64,000 bases of DNA from Syntrophales bacterium. GTDB taxonomy: Bacteria; Desulfobacterota; Syntrophia; Syntrophales; PHBD01. Both the position numbers and the translations under genes were made by a program. Shown in pieces: positions 20,631-30,468 of the stretch. Where the stretch lies: the NCBI GenBank assembly GCA_963668175.1, contig OY764159.1, positions 1,888,001-1,952,000 on the forward strand. Direction: 5' to 3'. The stretch's first letter is position 1. Each line of letters starts with the position of its first letter. The notes under the pieces are model-generated. The model did not search any database and was not told the DNA's origin. It saw nothing but the letters and a program-made list of their open reading frames with translations.

Positions 20631-20715
20631 CTTGTAATACATATGACGTAAAAAGTCAATATTAAATTTATTTTGAACTTATATTAAACATATATTAAAT
20701 ATATTTATATAGATG
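20631..20715 (-). promoter_or_regulatory. Sigma-70-like promoter with an AT-rich upstream tract for the vanW operon
   Basis: Minus-strand TTGACT-17-TACAAG (20659-20631); upstream of it an almost pure A/T tract with three TATTAAA copies. Confidence 0.5.
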
Positions 20716-21257
20716 TTTCGAGGCATTGCCGGGAGGATGGGGGCGACTTCCGTTTGGCGGGTATTCATTCTCCCGGGCGATTCAAAATTGGGACAGCCAT
20801 AATTCTGCCGCGTCCGTGCCGGCGGCGGACGACGGGAAAGGGGTCATGGCTGCTTCGCTCCGTCCGAAAGAAACGCGAAAGGCCGCGCAGCGGGCGCCGC
20901 AACTCCTGCGCGGGTTGCGTGCAATCGCCTTGCCTTCTGTCCGGCGAGGCCCTCCATAGCATGTTTCCATGCTTATCGGCGCGTCTGCAAACGGCGAATG
21001 GAGGTTACGAGAGAAGCCCGTCGCGATTTACCGATGAAAGCCGCTACCACAGAAGGATCGGACGGAAAATCCATTCTACGAAGACGATACCGGTTGACTT
21101 GCGGCGGAACATCCTTTACATTTTTGACATCCCGTTCCCATTATTCCTGCGCTTGTTCCATCGGTCCTCAATCCCAAGGGGGCGCACCCCCGTTACGGAG
21201 GCGTACGGTGCCCCGTTATGAACGACGGGGCCGTATTCGGCAACGGACTGTATCGTC

Positions 21258-22556
21258 ATGGAAAAGCTGGACATCGACATCGCGAGGATCGCCCTGCCGG
21301 TCAGCCCGGTCATCCAGGCGGCCCTGCGCGCCATCTATGCCGGCGGCGGCAAGGGCGGCTGGTCGTCGGATATGTACGGCCGGCCCTTCTACCGGTACCG
21401 GACGCGCCTCGGGCACATCACTTTCTTCTGCTCGCCGCCTCCCGATTTCGAAAGGCGCTTCCATCCCTCCATCGCCATGTACTACGCGCCGCGCCTCGGG
21501 TTTGTCTATTCGGGCGGCCTGAGGGAGGCCGTCCATAACCTGTCCGTCGAAACGGCCGATATCTTCCTGATCCTGATGGCAAAGATCGCCCAGCTGAAGG
21601 ACCCGGGCAAGGATATCGCCTGGGTCAGCCTGGACGAAATATCCAGGATGCGGGGCGTCCGCGTCCGGCGCGGCAGCAGCCGGACTCTGCACGATGCGTT
21701 CAAGCAGGAGGTGCTGCGGCTGGCCGATCTTCGCCTTTCGATGCTCTGGAAGGACTACAGGGGCGGCGGCGAAATCGCCGTCGGCCGGGACCGCCCGGAC
21801 AGGCTGCTCGACATCCTCGACATCGAGTACCGGCGGGGCGGCGAGAAGTGGTCGTCTTTCCGGTTCCGCTGCGGGCAGGCCCTGGCCCACTTCCTCGATC
21901 CGGAGGGGCTGTACTGGCTGGGCTATTACAGCCGGTCGCTCCTCAGGCTCAGCCCCTACCACGAGGCCTTCACGAAGAAACTGGGGACCTACTGGATTCT
22001 CGTGGGGACGATCGCCGAAAAAAAGGGATCGCTGCCCCGGGCCACGCCCCGGACGATCCTCGATTTCTGCGGGGAAGCGGTGAACCGGAAACATCCCGGC
22101 CATACGGTCGACGCCTTCATCGAATCCCATCAGCGGCTCCTGGACCTGGGCGTCATCGAAGACATGCCCGTCCTCGAACCCCTGGCGCGCTACCGGGGCT
22201 ATTTCCGGGACTGGCTCGATGCGACGCTGACGGTGAAGCTCTCGGAAAAACTCTGGCGGATGTCGGAGGGGAGAAGGAAAACGCCTCCCGCCCTGCCTCA
22301 ACGGGCCGTTCTTTCCGGAAAGAGGCGCCGCCGCAAGGCGTCCGATTTTCCCGCGCCGAAGACGGGCCGTGAGCTGATGGCCGATCAGTCCGCCATCAGG
22401 CGCTTTCGCGCCGAATACTACTTCCGCCAGGACGAACTGGCCCGCGCCGTCGGCGTGACGAGACAGACCCTCTCCAAGTATGAAAGGGGATTAAGTCCCC
22501 TGCCGGAAAATGCGGCCGACAAGATCGCCGCCCTCTGGCGGAAAAAGGCCGGCTGA
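21258..22556 (+). CDS. Hypothetical DNA-binding protein: Rep-like winged-helix body plus C-terminal XRE HTH
   Basis: RQDELARAVGVTRQTLSKYERG is a clear XRE HTH; the Rep-like body is an inference from sequence pattern. Confidence 0.6.
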   Translation: MEKLDIDIARIALPVSPVIQAALRAIYAGGGKGGWSSDMYGRPFYRYRTRLGHITFFCSPPPDFERRFHPSIAMYYAPRLGFVYSGGLREAVHNLSVETADIFLILMAKIAQLKDPGKDIAWVSLDEISRMRGVRVRRGSSRTLHDAFKQEVLRLADLRLSMLWKDYRGGGEIAVGRDRPDRLLDILDIEYRRGGEKWSSFRFRCGQALAHFLDPEGLYWLGYYSRSLLRLSPYHEAFTKKLGTYWILVGTIAEKKGSLPRATPRTILDFCGEAVNRKHPGHTVDAFIESHQRLLDLGVIEDMPVLEPLARYRGYFRDWLDATLTVKLSEKLWRMSEGRRKTPPALPQRAVLSGKRRRRKASDFPAPKTGRELMADQSAIRRFRAEYYFRQDELARAVGVTRQTLSKYERGLSPLPENAADKIAALWRKKAG

Positions 22557-22880
22557 CGGTCCGTCTCCGGGCGCCGGCGGCTTCGTTTCGCGGAACCGGC
22601 GGCCCTCCCCGGGAGCCTTCGACATACCCATCGTGTCGTCAGAGTTCACCCATCGCGGCAGTTTGTTAACGGCCTTCCCCCGGCAAACCGGGACTGCGCC
22701 GCACGCCGGCCGGGAGCTTAACATGATTTATAAAACCGCCCTTTTCGTCCGCCGCGTCCCTGCTATCGTATGCCATCGTTACCCTCTTTCGTTTTGTGAA
22801 AACGGTATTCGTGTTTTCACGGCCCGGATGCCGCCGATAAACAACCGTGACGTTATCCGCGATGAAAAGGAGGTGGCGGC

Positions 22881-24056
22881 ATGGATCACGAAGCCCGCAT
22901 CCGCATTTTGCAGAACGCCCTCAGAAGCAGGCAGCTGGACGGGGCGCTCCTTCTTTATTCCCGCAATGTCCTCTACTACACGGGAACGGCCCAGCCGTCC
23001 TATCTGGCCGTCCTTCCCGACGATTACGCCCTCTTCGTGAGGAGCGGCATCGAATTCGCCCGCCGGGAAGCGGCGCTCGATCCCGGCAGGGTCAAGGAGG
23101 AGCGCAAACCGGCGAACGTCTTCCGGGAGATGTTTGCCGGGAAAAAAGAAGGCGGAATGAAGATCGCGACGGAGCTCGACATCGTTACGGCCGAACAGTT
23201 TGCCGACATGAAAAAGGACTTCGCCGGCGTCGGGTTCGCGAATGTCGCTCCCCTGACGCAGGAACAGCGGAAGGCCAAGGATGCCTCCGAAATCGAAAAG
23301 ACGCGAAAGGCCTGCGACGCGATCCACCGGGGGCACGAGGCCGTCCTCGCAACGCTCCGGGAAGGCGTGACGGAATTGGAACTGGCGGCCGCCGTGGAAA
23401 ACGCCCACCGCCTTGCGGGGCACGAAGGCATCTTTTTCATTCGTCTGCCCGATTTCTTCATGAGCCGCGGACCCATCTCGTCGGGGGAAAACCTCTTCAG
23501 GATCAGCGGCGTGGTTTATACAATCACGGGTGTGGGTCTGAGTCCCGCCGTCCCCGCCGGCCCTTCCCGGAAGAAGATCGCCCCGGGCGAGCCGGTGATC
23601 GTCGACATCCCGACCCTCGTCGACGGCTATCATGCCGACCAGACGAGGACGTACTGCCTGGGTAAGGCCCCGGCCGCCGTCCGCGCCCTCTACGGCGATC
23701 TCAGGGCCATAGCCGATTACCTGATCGACCGCATGAAGCCCGGCGTAAAGTGCAGCGAGCTTTACCGGATGGCCGTCGAAAAGGCGGAAAAGCTCGGCCG
23801 GGCCGGCCATTTTTTGAATTTCGGCGGGGGGAAGAGGTCGCGCCTCCTCGGCCACGGCATCGGCCTGGAGCTGAACGAACCGCCCGTTGTGGCCGAGTAC
23901 GAAGAGAGCGAACTGGGCGAAGGTTATGTAGTCGCCCTGGACATGCACATGATGGACGAGAGGGAAGGGGTTGTCAAACTTGAGGATATGATCCTGGTCA
24001 GGAACGGAGGCAACGAAATCCTGACGAAGAGTCCGAGGGAATTGATCGAAGTATGA
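22881..24056 (+). CDS. Xaa-Pro peptidase (M24) family
   Basis: GYHADQTRT, GHGIGLELNEPP, KLEDMILV; SD AGGAGG. Confidence 0.85.
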   Translation: MDHEARIRILQNALRSRQLDGALLLYSRNVLYYTGTAQPSYLAVLPDDYALFVRSGIEFARREAALDPGRVKEERKPANVFREMFAGKKEGGMKIATELDIVTAEQFADMKKDFAGVGFANVAPLTQEQRKAKDASEIEKTRKACDAIHRGHEAVLATLREGVTELELAAAVENAHRLAGHEGIFFIRLPDFFMSRGPISSGENLFRISGVVYTITGVGLSPAVPAGPSRKKIAPGEPVIVDIPTLVDGYHADQTRTYCLGKAPAAVRALYGDLRAIADYLIDRMKPGVKCSELYRMAVEKAEKLGRAGHFLNFGGGKRSRLLGHGIGLELNEPPVVAEYEESELGEGYVVALDMHMMDEREGVVKLEDMILVRNGGNEILTKSPRELIEV

Positions 24057-24083
24057 ACCTTAGCCGGTGTTAAGAAACCTGCG

Positions 24084-24120
24084 GGCAGGGGATGGGAGCC
24101 CGATGCCCCATCCCCCTGCC
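24084..24120. terminator. GC-rich hairpin between convergent genes
   Basis: GGCAGGGGATGGG...CCCATCCCCCTGCC. Confidence 0.5.
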
Positions 24121-24125
24121 GCGGA

Positions 24126-24635
24126 TCATTTTTTGCATTCCCCGACGGACCCTTCCTTGCAGACGGTCCCGTCGGTCCAGATCGCATCGTCCAGGCGGGC
24201 CCCCTGGAACCTCGCGCCGCCGATGCTTGCCCCTTTCAGGTTGCACCGCATCAGGTTGGAATTGGTGAAGTTCGCGCCGGTCAGGACCGCGTCGTTCAGC
24301 CAGGCGTCGATCAGCCTTGCGCCGGTGAAATCGGTGTTGACCAGGTTGGCCTCCCGCAGGCTGGCCCTCATAAGATTGGCGCCCTCGAAATTCGCCCCGT
24401 ACAGGTTGGCCCCCTGGAAAGACCCGTTGGTGAGGGTGGCCCGGCTGAAATTGGCTGTGGCGAGATCGGCGCCGGATGCCGACACATTGGGCATGGTGGC
24501 TCCGGAGAGATCGCAGCGGGCGCAATTCTTTATCTGTTTGACCTGTTGGACATGGGCGCTGTTGAAGGCAAACAAAGGCGATACAGAAAGAGTAAAACAA
24601 ACGCATAGTATCCAAACGGCTCTTTTGACGACCAT
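24126..24635 (-). CDS. Exported pentapeptide-repeat protein
   Basis: Signal peptide; CARCDLSGA; tandem A(N/D)(L/F)xx repeats; WTDGTVC. Confidence 0.9.
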   Translation of the reverse strand: MVVKRAVWILCVCFTLSVSPLFAFNSAHVQQVKQIKNCARCDLSGATMPNVSASGADLATANFSRATLTNGSFQGANLYGANFEGANLMRASLREANLVNTDFTGARLIDAWLNDAVLTGANFTNSNLMRCNLKGASIGGARFQGARLDDAIWTDGTVCKEGSVGECKK

Positions 24636-24837
24636 ACTTAAACCCTCCCTCTCTCAGGCGAATTTTCGATCAAAGGATTATCCGCTTTTGCTCCATGTGC
24701 GTTGCGCAAGGAGACATGGAAGGAACAAAGCGGATTACGACTGGATGCGGATCATATAACAAAGGCCGCTCTCAGGCAACCCAAAACGAAAGGGCGCTGA
24801 GAAATGGCGAGCGGTCTTCGGTTCGGCCGGTTCCCGG

Positions 24838-25443
24838 TCAGCAGGGCGCGGAAAATACTTGTTTCAGTTCGATAATCTCCCCTCGATGCGACGACGCATG
24901 GGCGATCAGTGCCTCCGTCTCCCGGCGTTCCCGCTCCGACATCGCGCCGCCGCCCAGCTTCTTTCCGTAATAGCCGTTGGCGACGACGGTTTCGGCCGTT
25001 TTCGTCATCTCCAGGAACTTTTCCGCCGTTCCGGCCTGGAGATAGAGGGTGAGGTCGTTGATGAAGAGGATGTCCCTGCCGGATGCGGAGAAGGCCGCAA
25101 AGAGGGCCTCGATCTTTCCTCTGTTCTCCCCGGCCTTGGCGACGGCCTCCTCTTCGCTTTTCGAACTCAACCGGGGCGGCGGGAGAATCGTTCCCAGGTA
25201 AGTCACGCCCCGGACGGGCGGAATCAGGTGGCCGCCCGCGCCCCGCAGCGCCTTTTTCAGGGCGAGGCCGGCGGGGATTTCCGGCGCCAGGTCGACGACG
25301 GCGATCCTCGGCGCCAGCCCCCCCGCGCACATGGCGGCGAGGAACCGGGCCGTGAGGGTCGTCTTGCCCGTGTTCACGTCGCCCACGATGAGCGTCCACT
25401 TCCCGAGGCATTCCTCCCAGTCGATGCGGTGATACGGCGTCAT
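24838..25443 (-). CDS. Uncharacterised small P-loop NTPase
   Basis: Start MTPYHRIDW; Walker A IVGDVNTGKTT; ATGA overlap with the MFS stop. Confidence 0.7.
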   Translation of the reverse strand: MTPYHRIDWEECLGKWTLIVGDVNTGKTTLTARFLAAMCAGGLAPRIAVVDLAPEIPAGLALKKALRGAGGHLIPPVRGVTYLGTILPPPRLSSKSEEEAVAKAGENRGKIEALFAAFSASGRDILFINDLTLYLQAGTAEKFLEMTKTAETVVANGYYGKKLGGGAMSERERRETEALIAHASSHRGEIIELKQVFSAPC

Positions 25444-26678
25444 GACTTTTCCGCCTTCAGCGTTTCCGGCATAAAGAGGAGCAGGACGGCGCCGAGGATG
25501 TAGACGACGCAGGTCACGGCCAGGCCGATCTGGAGCCCGTAGACTTTGCCCAGGTAGCCGATGGTGTACGGTGCGGCCACCGCGCCCAGCCGGCCCATGT
25601 TCCAGCAGAACCCCCCGGCGTAGGCCCGAAGCTCTTCCGGGAAAAGCTCCGCGAAATAGGCCCCGAGGACGCCGCCGACGCCGCAGAGTCCGAAACCGAC
25701 GACGATGCCCCACCAGAAGAGAAAGACGGGATTGCGGACGACGATGTAAAGGGCGACCGCCGCGGCCACGCCGATGAAGGCGGCGATCATGGAGCGCCTC
25801 CGGCCCGCCCGGTCGGCAACCGCCCCGAAGAACTGGAACCCCAGGAACATGCCGATGTACATGACAAGGGAAAAATTGGCCATTGTCGTGAGATCGAGTC
25901 CCCGCTCCCGCGTCAGGAAGGTCGGTATCCAGTAGGCCGCGCCCCAGTATCCCGCGAGATTGACGATGCTGACAAGAGACGCCAGGAGCGTTGTTCCGGC
26001 AAGGCCGTCCTTGAAAATAGCGCCAATGCCGATTCTCCTTCTGTCTCCTGCCTGTTCCGATGCATTGCTCTCTTTCGCCGCGGCGGTTTTTCGGGATTTG
26101 TCCGGGGGTATCAACCGGGCAACGGGGAAGGTGAAAACGATGGCGACAGCCCCCACCAGGAAGATGACCCGCCAGTCCATGTGGAGAACGAGCCTGCCGA
26201 CGAAGGCTGCGAGTACCGCGCCTACGGCGAAGCTGCTCAGCATGAAGGATGCCGCCCGTCCCCGGTAGCGGGGCGCCCAATGCTCCGCGATCAGGGCCGC
26301 GCAGGGGCCCCAGATGCCGCCGAGGGCGAGGCCGGTTACAAACCGGAGGACCATCCATTCGCCCCATGTGGAGACGACATAGACAAGGGCCATGCCGATG
26401 CTGATCCAGACGACGGCCACCAGCAGGGCGAGACGCCGCCCGTAATTTTCGGCGAGCAGTCCGAAGGCGATGCTGCCGAGTAACGCGCCGAACATCGTGG
26501 CGGAGCCCAGAAGCCCCCCTTCCGGCAGCGAGATGTTCAGGACCTTGAGCAATACCGGCATGGCGATCGCCAGGACGATGAGATCGTAGCTGTCGATCAT
26601 GTAGGTGATGAAAGTCGCCCAAAGGACCTTCCATCGGTGTGCGCTTCCTCCGGCCGCTTGTGTTCCCTGGTTGTTCAT
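25440..26678 (-). CDS. MFS transporter (aromatic/carboxylic acid:H+ symporter-like)
   Basis: DSYDL in TM1; GLLAENYGRR and GAVADRAGRR motif A; AELFPEELR. Confidence 0.85.
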   Translation of the reverse strand: MNNQGTQAAGGSAHRWKVLWATFITYMIDSYDLIVLAIAMPVLLKVLNISLPEGGLLGSATMFGALLGSIAFGLLAENYGRRLALLVAVVWISIGMALVYVVSTWGEWMVLRFVTGLALGGIWGPCAALIAEHWAPRYRGRAASFMLSSFAVGAVLAAFVGRLVLHMDWRVIFLVGAVAIVFTFPVARLIPPDKSRKTAAAKESNASEQAGDRRRIGIGAIFKDGLAGTTLLASLVSIVNLAGYWGAAYWIPTFLTRERGLDLTTMANFSLVMYIGMFLGFQFFGAVADRAGRRRSMIAAFIGVAAAVALYIVVRNPVFLFWWGIVVGFGLCGVGGVLGAYFAELFPEELRAYAGGFCWNMGRLGAVAAPYTIGYLGKVYGLQIGLAVTCVVYILGAVLLLFMPETLKAEKS

Positions 26679-26790
26679 TATTGAGTCCCTTTCATGCTGT
26701 CGTATCATTCCGTCCGCAGGCCCCTTGCGGGGGGCTGCAGCCTTCTCCACTAAATCCAGCACGGATTCGGCCGTCTTGTCAAGGCGAACG

Positions 26791-28044
26791 TTACCGGGGG
26801 AACGGGTCGATCCCCCGAAGGCCGCGGCCGACGCAACCCGCCAGACCCGCGAGGGTGCAGGCGGCCGAAACAAGCCACATGGCGCTGAAGTCCCAGTATT
26901 GGCAGATCAGTCCCAACAGAATGGAACCGACGGTGACTCCGGCGTCGAACCCCGTGAAGTATGTGCTCGTGGCGATGCCGCGCCGCTCCGGCCGCACCCG
27001 GTCGATGAGGAGCGCCATGGACGCCGGTTGCGCCGCGCCGAATCCGATGCCGAAGAGAAAGGCGGAAACGACGAAGAGCGGGACATCGTGCGCCCAGGGC
27101 AGAACGGCCAGGGCCGCGGCCATGACGGCGATGCCGGGAACGATGGCGACGCCTCGGCCGTACCGGTCCGCCAGTCGGCCGGTGAAGGCCCTGGAAACGA
27201 GCAACGCCCCGGCCTGAATCATGAAGAAGAATCCCGGGTTGGCGATGCCCTGTCCCTGGGCGAAGATGGAGATAAAGGCGTTTACCGTGCCGAAGCCGGT
27301 GCCCATGCAGAGGGCCATCCAGGCCGCGGGCAGGGCGTCGACGGCCACGATACCCGTCCGGAATGTCCAGGCGCGGCGTTCCGTCCCGCCCGGCCGCTGC
27401 TTCTCCCTGGCCGGAATGGAGACGGCGAAGGCGGCGAAGGCGAGCGCGGCCGAGAAATAGAACAGGTGTGCGAATCCGGTTTTGGCGATGAGAACGAAGC
27501 CGATGACGGGCCCGACGATGAGGCCGAGGGCCTGGGCGGCGGAGAAGATGCCCACGGCCTCGGCGCGGCGCTTGACCGGCGCGATGTCCGCCACGTAGGC
27601 GTTGGCTGCCGTCGTGTAGCAGCATAGGCCGAAGCCGTTCACGATGCGTCCCAAAAGCAGGACGGGGATGGAGGCGGCGAGCAGGTAGACGATAGCGGCG
27701 AACCCGTAGCAGGACGTACCGACGAGGACGAGGGGGCGGCGGCGCCAGGCGTCCGTAAGCCAGCCCACGAAGGGGCGGAAAAGGAGGGCGGTGAAGGCGA
27801 GGGCGCCGCTCACGAGGCCGGCCTCGATGCGGCTTCCCCCCATGGCGATGACGTACACGGGCAGTGTGGCCACCAGCATCTGCATGCCGAAGGCGTTGAA
27901 AAAATTGGCCGCCGTCGTACACGCGAAATCGGAGGTCAGGAGGCGTTCCTCCGTGCGAACCGCCGCTGTCTCTTTACAATCGTCCACCGGGACGGCCCTT
28001 TCGGCGCATCGCCCGAACGGCTCTGTCGAATCCTTGATCTCCAT
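26791..28044 (-). CDS. MFS transporter
   Basis: About 12 TM helices; GWLTDAWRRR and GRLADRYGR. Confidence 0.85.
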   Translation of the reverse strand: MEIKDSTEPFGRCAERAVPVDDCKETAAVRTEERLLTSDFACTTAANFFNAFGMQMLVATLPVYVIAMGGSRIEAGLVSGALAFTALLFRPFVGWLTDAWRRRPLVLVGTSCYGFAAIVYLLAASIPVLLLGRIVNGFGLCCYTTAANAYVADIAPVKRRAEAVGIFSAAQALGLIVGPVIGFVLIAKTGFAHLFYFSAALAFAAFAVSIPAREKQRPGGTERRAWTFRTGIVAVDALPAAWMALCMGTGFGTVNAFISIFAQGQGIANPGFFFMIQAGALLVSRAFTGRLADRYGRGVAIVPGIAVMAAALAVLPWAHDVPLFVVSAFLFGIGFGAAQPASMALLIDRVRPERRGIATSTYFTGFDAGVTVGSILLGLICQYWDFSAMWLVSAACTLAGLAGCVGRGLRGIDPFPR

Positions 28045-28270
28045 GACATTCCGGGCCGCCGGGCGGAAATCCGCGAGGGGCCGGCTGAAAAACGTCGCTT
28101 GCGCGCGGGCCGATGTATGGCAGGTCGGACGACGCTTGTCAACGTCAAATCCCGCTACAGGGAGGATATGACGCCATTTCAGGGGATTGGGCCTTGCGGC
28201 GCGAATGGAGACGCGTCTGTCGGCAGATTGCAGATAGGGCGTTGCGCCCGGGAAGCGGCGTCATCCGGCC

Positions 28271-28849
28271 TTACAGGGGTTTCCGGTAGAATCGTCTGGC
28301 CCGTTCGGTGACGCCCCTGATGAAATCGCTTTTGGCCTGGGTGTAGGCGATGCGGTCGCCCTGATGGGCTTCCGAGAGCGCCGTTTTGAGTCGGCCGTAT
28401 TCCTGTGCGGCGTCCGGATGGTCGATGAGATAGTCCCGGAACAGGAGCCTGTCCCAGTGTTCGAAATGGGCCTCGACCATGTGGATGTGGTGTGTCCTGT
28501 GCCCGTTGCCGTCCCGCTTGATGAACCAGGCGTGGAAGGGCGGCGTGTCGTCGCCCCATGTAGGCCGCCAGAAGTAATCGTACCCCTGGGCTTCGAGGAC
28601 CGGGACGATCTTCTCCCTGGTCTCGTCGAGGCTCGCGACCTCGACCAGCATGTCGACGATCGGCTTGGCCGCCAGGCCCGGGACGGCCGTGCTGCCGAAA
28701 TGCTCTATCCTCCTGACGAGGCCGGCGGGCAGGCAGGACTGCAGATGGAGCCGCTCCCGCTCGAATATGTCCGGCCAGCGGGGATCGTAAGGCACGACGA
28801 CGACGTCTTCTTTCAGGACGCGGGCGATTTTCTCTTCGAGGGTTTCCAT
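28271..28849 (-). CDS. GrpB/UPF0157-family nucleotidyltransferase-like protein
   Basis: PYDPRWP, EHFGSTAVPGLAAKPIVD, FRDYL, YTQAKS. Confidence 0.9.
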   Translation of the reverse strand: METLEEKIARVLKEDVVVVPYDPRWPDIFERERLHLQSCLPAGLVRRIEHFGSTAVPGLAAKPIVDMLVEVASLDETREKIVPVLEAQGYDYFWRPTWGDDTPPFHAWFIKRDGNGHRTHHIHMVEAHFEHWDRLLFRDYLIDHPDAAQEYGRLKTALSEAHQGDRIAYTQAKSDFIRGVTERARRFYRKPL

Positions 28850-28923
28850 ATCGGCCGTTTCTTCGGATATTGTCGGCATCCGCCGTGCACGCATTTACTG
28901 CGGCGGACGCGAAAAACTCAGGA

Positions 28924-30423
28924 CTACATCGCACCTCCGGAGAAGTAGACGTTCTTGAACGCTTCGAGTCCCTCGCGGGACCCCGGCTCGGATTGGCTTC
29001 CGAAAGCCGCCGTCAGCTCCGCTTTCAGGGCGGCAAGTCCGCCGTCGATGAAATGCTCCCTTGCGGACGGGTTGCCCGTAAGGCCCGGCGGCGCGCCGGC
29101 CAGGAGATAATCGACCGCCTTTCGCGGCCTGTCCAGGACGGCCGCCAGGGCGGCGAGCCAATAGAGATAGACATTCCGGACATTCTGCGGACGGTTCTTC
29201 GCATCGGCGATCATCCGGTCGTAGATCCTGTCGAGAGAAAGGAGAATATGACGGTAGTTGTGGTAGCGCTTGTAGGCGAACCCCAGAAACTCTCGCCAGT
29301 TCCGGAAGGCCTCCGCCAGGTCGCCGGCGTGGAATATCTCCGCGAAGGCCTCGATGAAGGCGTCGGACTGGAACTGGAGGAAGAAGGCCGTCGGGGCGAT
29401 CAGCGAAAACGGATAACCGCTGCTCCGGTTGGCGCGGGGAAGGACAGGCTCCCATTTTTGGAGGTGGGCGAGGAGGTCCGCCGTGTTCTTCCGGACGTCG
29501 AATCGCGCGGCGGCGCGGTCCATGCCGTTTTCCTGCAGGCGTTCGACGGTGTCCGGTTCGTCCGCCTTCCTTCTCACGAGGTCCCTGATGAGCTGCTTCA
29601 CGCCCTCCCGGTCGCCCGGGGCCATCACGAAGCCGGAAACGCCGTCCTCGACGGAATAGGGGAGGCCGCCGACGCGGGAGACGATCGGGATCGTCCCGAC
29701 GGACATGGCTTCGACGGGGGCCAGCCCGAACGTATCGGTTTCCGACATGTGGAGGAGCATGTCGCTTTCCGCAACCAGCGAGGGGATGCAGTGATGTTCC
29801 ACGACGCCGTGGTAGACGACGCGGTCGTCCCCGCTGCTTCCGTTTCTACCCGCCAGATGGACCTCGATGGGCAGGCCTTCCGCGATAAGCTCCGGGCCTA
29901 TCTCTTCCAGGTCCGGGTCCATCGTCTTGGCGGCGGCGGCGACCTGGATGATCCGGACCCTGTCTTTCGCAGGCCGCGGGAGCGGCCGGAAGGCCTCGAA
30001 ATCGATGCCGTTGGGAATCAGGATGTCGTGTTCGCGCGGCTGCATTTCCCGGTAGATGTATTCCGATACGGCGATTGTGATATCGACGGAAGGCGTGAGG
30101 CCCGCCGTGGCATTGAAATGGAGGATTTCGCAGACGAGGGCTTTTCGGGTGAACCGCGACGCCTCCAGGCTGAAGGGCATGAAGACGCCGTTGGAGATCA
30201 GGACCGCGTCGAACGTGTCCATCACGGCCGCCAGGTCCTTCAGCCTGAAGGAGCCCGTACGGACAAGTTTCCGGCCGGCTTCGTCGCGCGTCTCGCCCGC
30301 TGCGGCCTCGACCAGGATATAGGTGACATCCTGTCCGAGTTCCTCAAGGCACCGCGCCGTGCTCTGCACGGAAACCGACGTGCCGATGATGCCCAGCGTA
30401 TCAGGGACGATGCCGATCTTCAC
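28924..30423 (-). CDS. Glycosyltransferase family 4 with a helical C-terminal extension
   Basis: IPNGID; DTFGLAPVEAMSVG; SRVGGL. Confidence 0.8.
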   Translation of the reverse strand: MKIGIVPDTLGIIGTSVSVQSTARCLEELGQDVTYILVEAAAGETRDEAGRKLVRTGSFRLKDLAAVMDTFDAVLISNGVFMPFSLEASRFTRKALVCEILHFNATAGLTPSVDITIAVSEYIYREMQPREHDILIPNGIDFEAFRPLPRPAKDRVRIIQVAAAAKTMDPDLEEIGPELIAEGLPIEVHLAGRNGSSGDDRVVYHGVVEHHCIPSLVAESDMLLHMSETDTFGLAPVEAMSVGTIPIVSRVGGLPYSVEDGVSGFVMAPGDREGVKQLIRDLVRRKADEPDTVERLQENGMDRAAARFDVRKNTADLLAHLQKWEPVLPRANRSSGYPFSLIAPTAFFLQFQSDAFIEAFAEIFHAGDLAEAFRNWREFLGFAYKRYHNYRHILLSLDRIYDRMIADAKNRPQNVRNVYLYWLAALAAVLDRPRKAVDYLLAGAPPGLTGNPSAREHFIDGGLAALKAELTAAFGSQSEPGSREGLEAFKNVYFSGGAM

Positions 30424-30468
30424 ATGGACCTTCCTTTTGACGAATCAAGTTCGATATCTTCTATTGTA

